A stretch of 64,000 bases of DNA from Octopus vulgaris (GCA_951406725.2 OX597827.1:18476001-18540000); one strand, 5' to 3'. Counted from the first letter of the stretch, positions 38,649 through 51,977 are shown. A program made the numbers and translations. Notes: a model not told the origin generated them from the letters alone.

Positions 38649-38813
38649 TACGACAGGCTTCTTTCAGTTTCTGTCTACCAAATCCACTCACAAGGCTTTG
38701 GTCGGCCCGAGGCTATAGCAGAAGACACTTGCCCAAGATGCCACGCAGTGGGACTGAACCCGGAACCATGTGGTTGGTTAGCAAGCTACTTACCATAGAT
38801 CCACTCCTGCGCC
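38408..38813 (-). mobile_element. SINE A, full length
   Basis: Homology to SINE A. Confidence 0.9.
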
Positions 38814-39217
38814 TATAATATATATACTATACACACATACAATGTGTGAACAAAAATAAAAACGTCCATATTTGGTATTGGACTGATGTACAGGAATGGT
38901 TGTCATCTTCAACCTCTGAAGTAATTATCAGGTGATAATTCCAGATTTTCTTCTAGAAGATTCTCCAGTATTCTACGAGCAATACTAGGGTAATTTTTGG
39001 ACAACTGCTCAATCAGGAAGATTCTTGTATCTGTAGGAAGGCATGCTTCTAGAAGATGCCAACTCAACCCACCCAGGGTGAATGTCACCACAAGTACAAG
39101 TAGGTACAAAGGGAGGTTTTGGCAGAGACTCGACATCTTACATATGGTACATCTGGAGTACCTCTTTATCTGAACAGTCAACAAAAAGGTTCCACTCTAG
39201 TGGTAATATATTTGGGG

Positions 39218-39438
39218 CGGCAGAATCGTTAGCACGCCGGGCGAAATGCGTAGCCGTATTTCGTCTGCTGTTACGTTCAGAGTTCAAATTCCGCCGAGGT
39301 CGACTTTGCCTTTCATCCTTTCGGGGTCGATAAATTAAGTACCAGTTACGCACTGGGGTCGATGTAATCGAATTAATCCGTTTGTCTGTCCTTGTTTGTC
39401 CCCTCTGTGTTTAGCCCCTTGTGGGTAGTAAAGAAATA
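39218..39438 (+). mobile_element. SINE B
   Basis: 16-bp TSD GGTAATATATTTGGGG at 39202-39217 and 39439-39454. Confidence 0.92.
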
Positions 39439-39807
39439 GGTAATATATTTGGGGTTTATCTCCTTGAGGATGTACATTAAATTTCAACAGGTTGGCTTTC
39501 ATTACTATCATTAGCAGTAATTTATCACAGGGAACTTCCACAGGTGATGGTCGTTTGGTAAATTCTTGAACTAGAAAAAGTCATCATCATTATTGTTGCT
39601 GTTGTTGTTGTTTAAAATGCCTTCTTTCCCATGTTTGCATGTGTTGGACAGAGTTTATTGAGACAGATTTTCTATGGCCAGATGCCTTTTTTGCTGTCAA
39701 CTCTGTGTTTCCAAACAAGGTATTCTTTCCTCTGTAGCTGAGACGTTTTCACAGAATATTGGAAATGAATGACACTTATTTACCATAATCACACAATGTT
39801 AAAGAGT

Positions 39808-40105
39808 GGAGGCACATGGCCTAATGGTTAGAGCAGCGGACTCCCGATTGAGGGGTTGTGGGTTTGAATCTCAGGGTGGATGAGTGAAACACCTAAGCTC
39901 CACGCAGCTCTGGCAGATGGTAACGGCAGACTTCTGCTAACTCTTTCGCCACAACTTTTCTTACTCTTTCCTCCTGCATCTAGCAGCTCACTTGCAACAG
40001 ACTGGTGGTCTGTCCAGGTGGGGAACCTGTAGGCCAAGGAAACCGGAAAAACCAGCCCTTATGAACCAGGAATGGCTCGAGAAGGAACAAACAAAACAAA
40101 ACAAA
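39808..40105 (+). mobile_element. SINE C, degraded, with (ACAAA)n tail
   Basis: GGAGGCACATGGCCTAATGGTTAGAGCAGCGGACTC head and CTCTTTCGCCACAACTTT block. Confidence 0.78.
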
Positions 40106-40262
40106 ACAATGTCAAGACAAGGAGACACAAACACACACAGTCACATCTGTCTACGAAATGCACACAACAAGGGTTTGTTAGCTCAGAGTAATAAGACCCT
40201 TGTTACTCCGAGGTTCAATGCAATGGGACTAAACCCCAAACCTTTGGAAACAAACTTCTAAA

Positions 40263-40467
40263 TCTCCGTCCGGGTTGCAGATCCGTGGAATAAGCTGCCG
40301 GACAAGATAGTGAAGATGCCGACGACTGCTCGGTTCAAAGTCTCCCTTGACCATAAATGGACTGAACTCTTTACATGAACACCACCCTGTACATAACTCC
40401 ATGTCCCCCCTACATGGCCTTGCTTTTTGCTTTTTGAGCCAAAAAATTAACTAACCAACTAACTAAC
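40263..40467 (+). mobile_element. 3' end of the same CR1/L2-group LINE as 33419
   Basis: SVRVADPWNKLPDKIVKMPTTARFKVSLDHKWTELFT*, then (TAAC)n tail. Confidence 0.88.
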
Positions 40468-40595
40468 ATGGCCATTCTTGCATCTGAAATCTCTTGAAGA
40501 TTTATTAGAATGAGATAGGATTGTTCCTTCACTTGCTATTTCTGTTAATTCTTCACTAGCACAGCAGTGTTGGAGACACTTGACTCACTAACAAG

Positions 40596-41040
40596 CAGGG
40601 CTGTGGAGTCGAAGAAAAAAAACGTCAACCCTGACTCTGATTTTGACTCCTCTTTATGTAATCAAGTGATTGTGGTCTACATATCTCATGAAACATATGC
40701 ATACATTATGAGTTGGAATCAGAGTCAGTATAGTTTTACCGACTCTGACTCTCCAGCTACTCCTCAATTGTTACTGACTCTGAGACTTCACGCCTCTGAC
40801 TCCATCATCATCATCATCATTGTTGTTCGACCGTGGTCGAGACAATGGAATTTACCATGCTACGCCAGACTTCACGGTCCATCATGGCATTACGGAGGTC
40901 CTGCTGCTGGATGCCTGTATCCCTGGAGATTACATCAGGGTAGGAGAGTGTGCGCCCTGTGGTATTGCGAGCAGATGGCTTCCAGAGGAGAAGAGTAGAA
41001 ATTACCTCTTTTTACCTCTGACTCCAACTTCACAGCCCTG
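40596..41040. mobile_element. hAT-like MITE with GACTC(C/T) subterminal repeats
   Basis: TIRs CAGGGCTGTGGAGTCG / CAACTTCACAGCCCTG, TSD CTAACAAG/TTAACAAG. Confidence 0.8.
40803..41007 (-). mobile_element. 3' end of an RTE-group LINE nested in the hAT MITE
   Basis: Minus translation STLLLWKPSARNTTGRTLSYPDVISRDTGIQQQDLRNAMMDREVWRSMV, with (GAT)n tail. Confidence 0.8.
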
Positions 41041-41615
41041 TTAACAAGGCCTGGAATTCATGATCAACGACTAAATTTTCTGGCACTATTATGTTAGTAC
41101 AATGTTCTAGAACAGTGCCATGTTGGTCTGGAGATATCATGACATTTATATCTATTTCCCATAAAGAATTTGTTGATTGGTATAAACAAAAAAATACTAT
41201 CATATATTGTTATACAAATACTACTGACATCAGTAAGCCATCTAGTTTTGCTTGGTTTTCTTTTGAGAAGACACGGAGAAGATTTTTTTTTTCCTTTTTA
41301 CAAAAGAAAATGTTGGCTTCCAAGTTAATGTACAATTAGACTGAAAATGGTCAAATAGAGACAGGACGTTATTATTGGTGAAGAAAATACATTGGTTATT
41401 CTGCTAAATGGCAATAAGGAATCCTTACGCAGACGACTCAGGAAATGCTGGGTCAACATTCATAGCAAACAATTTATGGAAATACTCTGACAGAAGGCAG
41501 AAGGTGGGGCAAAAATACCGAATTCATGTTAACCAATCAATATTCCTAAGATACAAGAGGACTGCAATAAAGTTTCCCACTTTGGCATGCTCCCTTGCTT
41601 AGAAAACGGTAGCAG

Positions 41616-42030
41616 GGATCTTTTCGGTTTGAACGACAGTTTTTTTTAAAGTAATTTCCACCAAACTAAACACTTTTAAACTTCGTATACTGGTAGAATG
41701 TGTTTATAAAACATCTTTTTCTCTTGGCTTTATTGAGAAAATTCTATGGTTTGTAAGATATTTGTTGGTTTTTTTTTCTTCAATTTCTGCAATTTCAACC
41801 AATCAATGACGTCCATTGAGGTGAAAACATTCTGTCCCTCGTTTAAAGAACAGATTGGGTTTATTTATTTACATTTGTGAAGAAAAAAAGATACCCTTCC
41901 CCCCACCCCTAACCAACCCTAACCCTAAAACAGATTGAAATGCAATAGATCGATACTAGGGTCATAATTATGGGTGACAATTTCATATGACACCGCTAGA
42001 AAAAAACTGCCGTTCAAACCGAAAAGATCC
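41616..42030 (+). mobile_element. Merlin-like MITE
   Basis: TIRs present, no TSD. Confidence 0.9.
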
Positions 42031-42121
42031 CACTAAAATAACATAAAGCGATTCAGCTGAAAAATAAAATTGAAGAAAAAAAAATTTGTACGGAAATTGC
42101 CGAACACTTTCATTGCTGTGT

Positions 42122-42166
<45 letters not shown>

Positions 42167-42732
42167 AAGAGAGAGGGAGGGAGAGAATCCTAATGTAAAT
42201 CTCTTTAATTTCAGTGTTTATAGAAGGGACGTAACTCAGATGAACACCTTTCGATTCTGCCGCCGTTGGCCTAATTGACTAAAGAAAAAAACACCCTTTA
42301 AAAGGTGACCGCCGCTGCCGCCTTGGAGTATCGCCTTCGTCAAGGGTTAAGCAGTGGCTACAGAAAAGAAAAACAGAGAAGAAAAAAATAAAGTGGAAGA
42401 GAAACGAGATTCCATCTACAGCTCAGCTTCCCAAATGACGGCATGCATCGGAGAATTTGAGGTCTGCTATTAGAAAATTTCTGTTGTCTAAGCGTATGCC
42501 GTAGATACAAAACAAGTTTTCGCTTCATTAGCTGCTAAATGCATTCATAAGAAAATTGGGAAAGGAGGGCGTGGCTTTAAATTTTTTTTACATATTTTAT
42601 ATATTAAATGGCGGTGCCCCAGCATGGCCACACAGCTCGTGAGCCGAAACTAGATAAAAAATTTTTTTTTAAATATTAAAAAAGCTATATATTTTTGAAA
42701 CGAAACAAAAAAAAAAAAATTATACCGTAATA

Positions 42733-43147
42733 GGCATAGGAGTGGCTGTGTGGTAAGTAGCTTGTTTACGAACCACATGGTTCCGGGTTCAGTTCCCACT
42801 GCGTGGCATCTTGGGTAAGTGTCTTCTACTATAAGCCTCGGGTCGACCAAAGCCTTGTGAGTGGATTTGGTAGACGGAAACTGAAAGAAGCCCGTCGTAC
42901 ATATATATATATGTATGAGTGTCTGTGTGTGTGTGTATGTATGTTTGTATGTCTGTGTTTGTCCCCCCCCCCAACATCGCTTGACAACCGATGCTGGTGT
43001 GTTTACGTCCCCGTAACTTAGCGGCTCGGCAAAAGCGACCGATAGAATAAGTACTAGGCTTACAAAGAATAAGTGCTGGGGGTCGATTTGCTCGGCTAAA
43101 GGCGGTGCTCCAGCATGGCCACAGTGAAATGACTCAAACAAGTAAAA
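42733..43147 (+). mobile_element. SINE A, full length
   Basis: Homology to SINE A, CpGs largely intact. Confidence 0.9.
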
Positions 43148-43517
43148 TAGTAAAAATAGTAAATAGATGTAAGCAAACTAACAGTTTTCTTTCTTAATGA
43201 AAGACAATTTTCAAAAGTGCCGTTAATTTGGGCCTTTCCGTTATTTTGAATGCCGCTATTTCGCAAGTTAACGGCACATTGATGCAAACGCGAAGCTCAG
43301 GACAGAAAGTTTTGTCGTTAGAATAGCTGAATCGATCCGATAGCGTAATCAATAACGCGCCGGACAGCCTGGCGAGGGAAGTCGGCTGTTCCTATCTTGT
43401 TACCCGGCATAGCTTCAACGGAAGACACCAAGTCTCAACGACTCAATAATTCGGAAGAATCTAAACGGTGCCACAACATGCTAAAAATAGCAGCTAAATC
43501 TTTCTCAAGCTATGCCC

Positions 43518-43945
43518 GGATCTTTTCGGTTTGAACGGCAGTTTTTAACATAATTTCCAGGTAACTAAAAAATGTTAAACTTCGTATTATACTGGTAGAA
43601 TGTGTTTATAAAACATCTTTTTTCTCGTGGCTTTATTGAGAAAATTCTATAGTTTGTAAGATATTTGTTGTTGTTTTTTTTCTTCAATTTCTGCAATTTC
43701 AACCAATCAATGACGTCCATTGAGGTAAAAAACATTCTGTGCCGTATGAATATGTCCCTCGTTTAAGAAACAGATTGGGTTTATTTACATTTGTGAAGAA
43801 AAAAAGATACCTTTCCCCCCACCCCTAACTAACCCTAACCCTAAAACAGATTGAAATGCAATAGATCGATACTAGGGTCATAATTATGGGTGACAATTTC
43901 ATATGACACCGCTAGGAAAAACTACCGTTCAAACCGAAAAGATCC
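43518..43945 (+). mobile_element. Merlin-like MITE
   Basis: TIRs present, no TSD. Confidence 0.9.
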
Positions 43946-44200
43946 CGGGCTAATCACGACTGGAATGCCTTATGTATTTGACGACAAACGCTGTAAAACA
44001 AGCAACCCTCACTTTAAGAAACCATTCTACTAGCATGGTTCAATTCTAAATTGTGTATTTACCAGCATTTATTTAGTGACCGAACATTGCTAACTGACGG
44101 TGTTTTGTCGAACAGTCTTATAAGACTATCGACCTTTTTAATTTAACTCCCGAAGATTCTCCTGCTACTTAACTTAACCGGGAAAGGCAATCGGTTGTCA

Positions 44201-44417
44201 GGTGGTGAGCTGGCAGAAATGTTAGCATGCCAGGCGAAATGCTTAGCGGTATTTCGTCTGTCTTTACGTTCTGAGTTCAAATTCCGCCGAGGTCGACTTT
44301 GCCTTTCATCCTTTCGGGGTCGATAAATTAAGTACCAGTTATGCACTGGGGTCGATGTAATTGACTTAATACCTATGTCTATCCTTGTTTATCCCCTCTA
44401 TGTTTAGCCCCTTGTGG
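44201..44417 (+). mobile_element. SINE B
   Basis: Homology to 12649. 3' tip missing. Confidence 0.88.
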
Positions 44418-44860
44418 TTGTCTGGTTTTTACGGGCTATGGCAAATGAGTGTGCAGTGAACACGAATGAGAAGAAACGAAATCTATATATATTCATCGCC
44501 CACGCCTCCATCGACCTTCTTCGAATTTTCAGAGAAAAGCAAGACGAGGCTGGAGGAGAAGGAAGTGCTGCTCTCCATTAATAAACAACTGGATGGTGGA
44601 GGAGAGCAGCAAGCGTGGCCTGAGTGAATGGGGCATACCCATACACTCAGCATTCGACTGTGGTCGGGAGCGGGGACAGGGGACAGAATTAGGTGGTTAA
44701 ACAAACTTTGGATTTGAGGGCAGCGGTGTAGGGTAGGCTGCCAGCACCCGGATTAAGTATTGCGCCATCGAACCCGTGAATCGTTAGCACTTCCAAATTT
44801 TGCACCCCAGGATGGATGAGGTTCCTGTGGCAGCGACAGTCTTCCTCTTAGAACCATACC

Positions 44861-45288
44861 TGCTTCTTTACTACCCACAAGAGGCTAAACATAGAGTGGA
44901 CAAACAAGGACAAAGGGATTAAGTCGATTACATCGACCTCACTGCGTCACTGGTACTTAATTTATCGACCCCGAAACGATGAAAGGCAAAGTCGACCTCG
45001 GCGGAATTTGAACTCAGAACGTAGAGACAGACGAAATACCTATTTCTTTACTACCCACAAGGGGCTAAACAGAGTGGACAAACGGATTAAGTCGATTACA
45101 TCGACCCCAGTGCGTAACTGGTACTTAATTTATCGACCCCAGTGCGTAACTGGTACTTAATTTATCGACCCCAGTGCGTAACTGGTACTTAATTTATCGA
45201 CCCCAGTGCGTAACTGGTACTTAATTTATCGACTCCAGTGCGTAACTGGTACTTAATTTATCGACCCCGAAAGGATGAATTTGAACTC
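44861..45288 (-). mobile_element. Head-to-tail SINE B dimer within one TSD
   Basis: Two 3' tails (44861 and 45041). AGAACCATACC at 44850-44860 and 45289-45299. Confidence 0.82.
45100..45268. repeat. 32-bp minisatellite, 5.3 copies, inside SINE B
   Basis: ATCGACCCCAGTGCGTAACTGGTACTTAATTT at 45100, 45132, 45164, 45196 and 45228. Confidence 0.95.
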
Positions 45289-45859
45289 AGAACCATACCA
45301 CGTATCGTTTACTGTATCTGGTGGCTGAAAAGACGCAAGGGCATTATAGACAAACCCCACCCATCTTCAGGATAAAATATCTTTGAGTATTAAAGCTTAT
45401 GGGATATCCAACTTCGCATATAGGAATACGGGATGAAACATTCCTTCTTTAAAAGCAAGTACGCTTATCCCATCAAATACAGAATATGTGTACACTGGTC
45501 AATTTTCTTTCATTTCAGTTCTGTTAACTTTCATACAATTCTTTCAACTGTCTTTGTAAAATGTCACCTCATCCATCGCCCATATGACAATAATAAAAAA
45601 TGATGTGTCTATGTCGACACATCTAATTTTCCAACATCGTTTTGAATCGTTCTAAATACTTGAAAATAAAAGCGAAATATGAGAATCGTTTTGTACACTT
45701 TTTGGATTTTGTCGGTTCAACTTAACGTCTGCCTTAAATACAGAAATGTGAATTACAGCAAAAAAAATTAAAATAATAATAATAATAAAGTATTTTACAT
45801 AAGGTAAACACAAATACAGCGAGTCGATGTTTTTCCTATAAATATTTTAGCAAGATTTC

Positions 45860-46276
45860 GGATCTTTTCGGTTTGAACGGCAGTTTTTTAAAATAATTGC
45901 CACCTAACTTAAACACTTTTAAACTTCGTATACTGGTAGAATGTGTTTATAAGACATCTTTTTCTCTTGGCTTTATTGAGAAAATTCTATGGTTTGTAAG
46001 ATATTTGTTGTTTTTTTCTTCTTCAATTTCTGCAATTTCAACCAATCAATGACGTCTATTGAGGTAAAAAAAAACATTCTGTGCCGTTTGAATATGTCCC
46101 TCGGTTAAGAAACAGATTGGGTTTATTTACATTTGTGAAGAAAAAAGATACCCTTCCCCCACCCCTAACCCTAAAACAGATTGAAAAGCAATAGATCGAT
46201 TCTAGGGTCATAATTATGGGTGACAATTTCATATAACACCGCTAGAAAAAAACTGCCGTTCAAACCGAAAAGATCC
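45860..46276 (+). mobile_element. Merlin-like MITE
   Basis: TIRs and perfect TSD AAGATTTC. Confidence 0.92.
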
Positions 46277-46510
46277 AAGATTTCTACACACACACACACG
46301 ATCTATAAAAGATATTACACGTGTGCACAAGGGACATCTCTTTTATATACGATATTTATACAGTCGGTGTGTATGTGTATAATATGAATAAGCGAGCGTA
46401 ATATATAAAAGATACACATTTGTTCGCAAGGGACATCTCTTATATACAGTATATATAAAGTCTATATAGATACTATATATGTATATACACATACACAAGC
46501 AATGTATGTC

Positions 46511-46553
<43 letters not shown>

Positions 46554-46582
46554 TATATATGTATATATATACTCTTTTACTC

Positions 46583-46970
46583 TTTTTACTTGTTTCAGCC
46601 ATGTGACTGTGGCCATGCTGGAGCACCGCCTTTAGTCGAGCAACTCGACCCCGGGACTTATTCTTTTTGTAAGCCCAGTACTTATTCTATCGGTCTCTTT
46701 TTGCCGAACCGCTAAGTAAACACACCAGTATCGGTTGTCAAGCAATGCTAGGGGAACAAACACACACACGTACATACATATATATATATATATATATATA
46801 AATATATACGACGGGCTTCTTTCAGTTTCCGTCTACCAAATCCACTCACAAGGCTTTGGTCGGCCCAAGGCTTATAGCAGAAGATACTTGCCGAAGGTGC
46901 CACGCAGTGGGACTGAACCCGGAGCCATGTGGTTGGTTAGCAAGCTACTTACCACACAGCCACTCCTGCG

Positions 46971-46972
<2 letters not shown>
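46583..46972 (-). mobile_element. SINE A, full length
   Basis: Homology to SINE A. Confidence 0.9.
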
Positions 46973-47032
<60 letters not shown>

Positions 47033-47074
47033 CAATAATAATTCTCTAAAAGAGATATAGACAGTAACTGCTCG

Positions 47075-47203
47075 ATAACATAAGGGACTATCTGAATATG
47101 GCTAGGGACAGGGCAGGGTGGTGGGGGTGTTACTGTTGCATTTAGCCCCAGGACCCTGCCCTGTCCCTAGCCATATTCAGATGGCTTTAGTCCCTTATGT
47201 TAT
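47075..47203. repeat. Inverted repeat with a perfect 30-bp stem
   Basis: 47090-47119 is the reverse complement of 47153-47182. The outer 15 bp also pair. Confidence 0.92.
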
Positions 47204-47919
47204 ATATATATATATATATAAGCAAAAAGCATTAGTAGTAGTAGTAGTAGTGGTGGTACTGGTTGTGGTGAACTTGCACTGAGCTGACACTTCAACAACG
47301 AAATGAATGGACGAAGATATAGAAGTGGAAGACAGAAAAGGAGAGAGAGAGCGAGCGAGAGAGAGATAGGCTTTGCGATACCCAAACTTGTTCGTTGTCT
47401 TTTTGAAAGAAAAAAAAAATGATTGTAGTTTGTTATATAGTGTGGTGATGGTCAAGTGTTAAAGAGTGTGGGTGGGACGGGTGGCTAATTCAGGGTGTAT
47501 CCATCCATCCATCCATCCATATATGACGGGCGCTTACAGTTAAAGTGACGGTACATGGAAAGGTTTGTATGAATGGACAGAGCGCTAGATAGATAAACAA
47601 ACACGAGACAGGAAGGAGTGGGGGATCTTTCCAAGCAAATCTATCGCGGTCGAAGCAGACCCGGATGTCTTTAAAAACTGAAACGCAGGATGAGGATCTG
47701 AGAGGAAACAAAACGAAAACAAAACTATGGTCACGGCTGGAGTTGTCGATCAAGGCTAAGCTGGTGCCAGCCAGAATGCGTTATGCCCATTATAGCATGT
47801 TCTTACAATGATTGTATAAGGAATATTATTATATACTTGGAAACAATGCAGGCGCGCGTGAGAGAGAGAGAGAGAGAGAGAGAGGTGGAGAGAGAGGGAG
47901 AACTATATGAAATGATGGA

Positions 47920-47931
47920 ATGATAGATAGG

Positions 47932-47983
<52 letters not shown>

Positions 47984-48126
47984 TAGATAGATAGATGATA
48001 TATAGACAGACATATAGATAGATAGATAGATAGACATGGATAGATAGATAGATAGATAGATAGACAGATGGATAGATAGATAGACGGATAGATAAACGGA
48101 TAGATGGATAGATAGACAGGTAGATG

Positions 48127-48192
<66 letters not shown>

Positions 48193-48317
48193 CAGGTAGA
48201 TGGATAGATAGATGATAGATAGATAGACGGATAGATGGATAGATAGATAGATAGATAGACGGATAGATAGATAGACGGATAGATGGATAGATAGATAGAC
48301 GGATAGATAGATAGACG

Positions 48318-48379
<62 letters not shown>

Positions 48380-48397
48380 CGGATAGATAGATAGACG

Positions 48398-48443
<46 letters not shown>

Positions 48444-48470
48444 CAGATGGATATATATAGATGGATAGAG
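47920..48470. repeat. (GATA)n microsatellite; a second tract at about 48950-49070
   Basis: Directly visible. Confidence 0.97.
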
Positions 48471-48954
48471 AGAGGGGGGATATATTTGGGATTGCTGGAT
48501 GAAAATTAGAACAGAATGCCTGCGATCGGAAGATAGATATACGATATGAGAAAGAGATTATAAAATGAGGATAGAGAGAGGTAACTAGCTAGAAAAAGGA
48601 CGGGGACATTTGGGGGGAAATAGAATTAAGCAGAATGAGAGACAGACGTCTTCATAGAATGAGAGACCTTCAGATAAAACTCGAGCTGTAACAAATGGAC
48701 ACGGAAGAATATTTAGGTAGGAAAATTGAGAGACAATATCAGAGATATAAGAGAGACGAGGGAGAGAATTTACATTATAGGCGAGAGACGGGAAAATATA
48801 CAGGGAAAGAAAATTTGAGATATCAATTAGGGAGAGACAAATCAATATATATAAGAGAAATTTATATTGGAAATAGAAAGATACTGAAAGAAGAGAGAGT
48901 GTGAGAGATAGACAGACAGACCGAAATAGGGAAATGAATTATATATATGGATAG

Positions 48955-48994
<40 letters not shown>

Positions 48995-49823
48995 GGATAG
49001 ATACATATATAGATAGACAGATAGATAGATGGATGGATAGACAGACAGATAGATAGATGGCTATGTATATACATACATACAGACATACACACGAGATGAA
49101 AATAGAGAAAAGGAGGGACAGAGACCGACATAGGGAGATAGTAAAAGAAGGAGAGAAGGAAAAATAGAATGGAGGGAGAGACAAAGAGAGAAAGACCAAA
49201 ATAGTGATAGAGAGAGAGAAAGACAGGTAGGAAAATATAAAGCCAGAAAAAGGAAGAGAAAGAGAAGCAGATAGAAAAAAGAGACTGTGAGAGAGAGAGA
49301 GAGAGACTGTGTGTGAGAGAGAGGAAGAGTGTGTGTGAGAGAGGGAGAGAGAGAGAGAGAGAAAGCGTATATGTCAATGTGTGCGTGCGTTGAGAAGATG
49401 ACGGTGAGAAGGTGTGCGTAAGTATATATAAGTGTGTGTGAGTGTGTATGTGTGTGTGTGAGTGTGTTAAGCTGGCAGACGGAAGAAGTGGAAGGCAGAC
49501 AACAACACTTGGCGTCGCCTTGTCGCCGCTATGTCTGACACACGCCGCCAGCCACCACCACCACCACCACCAACCGCTGCTGCCTTCTCTTCCTCCTCCT
49601 CCTCCTCCTCGTTCCTTTTTTCACCACCGCCGCCACCAACCATAAACCCTCCTCCTCCCCCCTCCCGACACACCAACTAACGCCACGAAGGGTGGATGGC
49701 TCGACCTGGAGGAGTTTACTCTGTGTGTGTGTGTATATAGAACATAAACATGTCTATATGGGTTTTATAGTTTACATATATATACATGTGTGTGTGACTA
49801 TGACCGATTATGTGCGCACGATG

Positions 49824-49881
<58 letters not shown>

Positions 49882-50199
49882 TAGATAGATATATGATGTA
49901 TGTATATGTTTGTGTGGATATATATATATATGAACATATACACACACACACATATATATATATATGTGAATATATATATGCACACACACAATCTATCCCA
50001 TACGTAAGGCAGTAATGTTAAAATACAGCCTTATTTATAGAACATTGTATGTATGTATATATATATATATGTATATATATGCATGTATATTATACATACA
50101 GATATCAAATATAAACGTAACCACATACAGTGTTCCGTAATTAAGATAACATTTGCACAGTCTATATTATATATATACACACATATACATACATACATA

Positions 50200-50271
<72 letters not shown>

Positions 50272-51298
50272 ATAATCATGTTTAGGTGAGTACTTGGACG
50301 TATTGTAGGTGAGATGGCTGTGCATAACGAGTGTACATATTAGAATTGTGTAGAATGGACTTTTCGTGAACAGTTTTTTTATTATATATATATAAAACTG
50401 CCTATATCAGGCCGCAGCGTGTGTGTGAGTGTGTGTATATAATTGACTAAGTACGCATAATGGAGAGCGGCTATACTTGATATAATACACACAGATACTA
50501 CATGTATGCGTGTGTCTGTGTCAACGTACGTACATGTATGTATATGCACATATATATATATTATGTATATATATATATATATATTTGTAAAGAGAGAGAG
50601 AGAGAGAGATAACAGTACTTGACTTAAGTGCGTACAGCTGATTGTGTACACACATGCAGCTGGTAATATGTATAGAAGCTAGCAGGAATATATAGATCTG
50701 TGGTTCGTATGTATGCATAGAACTGTGTATGTGTGTGTGTATATATATATAGAGAGAGAGAGACAGACAGACGAGAGCAGGTTGTTGTTTAACCCCGTGT
50801 CAGTCCTGATCGACCATCCATCCACTTAACAATCGCAGCCACTAACGACCATCCCGCCTCGCATTTTTCCTTGCAGGAACGGAGTGAACTGGAATTATAT
50901 TATCCAGTGTCTCTTTTTTTTTTTAATAAAGACTTCAGATGTGAATGGAGGGAGATTTGGCTGCTATATCTAGCAGTTACAGGCTCTCGCGTTGGCTAGA
51001 TTAGTGTGTGTGTGTGTAATAGAGCCAAGCTAGGTTGGGCCTGGATGTATATACAAAATCGTCAGCTTCTGTTTTGTAGAACGTATATACAGCTAAAAGT
51101 GTATATTTATAGAAGTGACAGTGAGTGTGGAATATACAGAATGCGCAGTGGGTATATACATACATAATATATATATATATATCTACATACAAAATTTAGA
51201 GGAATGACCACTAATAGTGGACAGCCTGTATGCTAGATATAGACGTCAAATTCGCCAATTACCACGAAGAATGTGTTCTCAAGAACATATATGTGTAT

Positions 51299-51333
<35 letters not shown>

Positions 51334-51343
51334 CATACACATA

Positions 51344-51563
<220 letters not shown>

Positions 51564-51599
51564 GAATGCATCCGATTATATATATATATACTAATAGAG

Positions 51600-51907
51600 T
51601 GTTTTAGTATATATTATAGCCATGGTGTACTGTATCACAGGATAATGAACTGGGCCATATTAATACAGTAACGGTGAGGCTGTACTGTAACCATACTAAT
51701 ACTGTGTTGTACTTACTTGTATAATAATGGTGTATTTTACTGTACCATATAATAATGGTTATCGGTATTGTTAAACAGTGATGATATATATACTGTAAAA
51801 GGAAGTTCACTGTATTCCAGTCCATGATAATAATTGTGAACTGTACTATATTATCGATCTGGGTGATTTGTATGTGTGTATTGTAGTATAGTAATGGTGT
51901 ACCGTAC

Positions 51908-51977
<70 letters not shown>

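Noticed and set aside
41250-41600. Possible L1/Tx1 remnant (..KAEGGAKIPN..)
   Set aside because: Only one weak motif.
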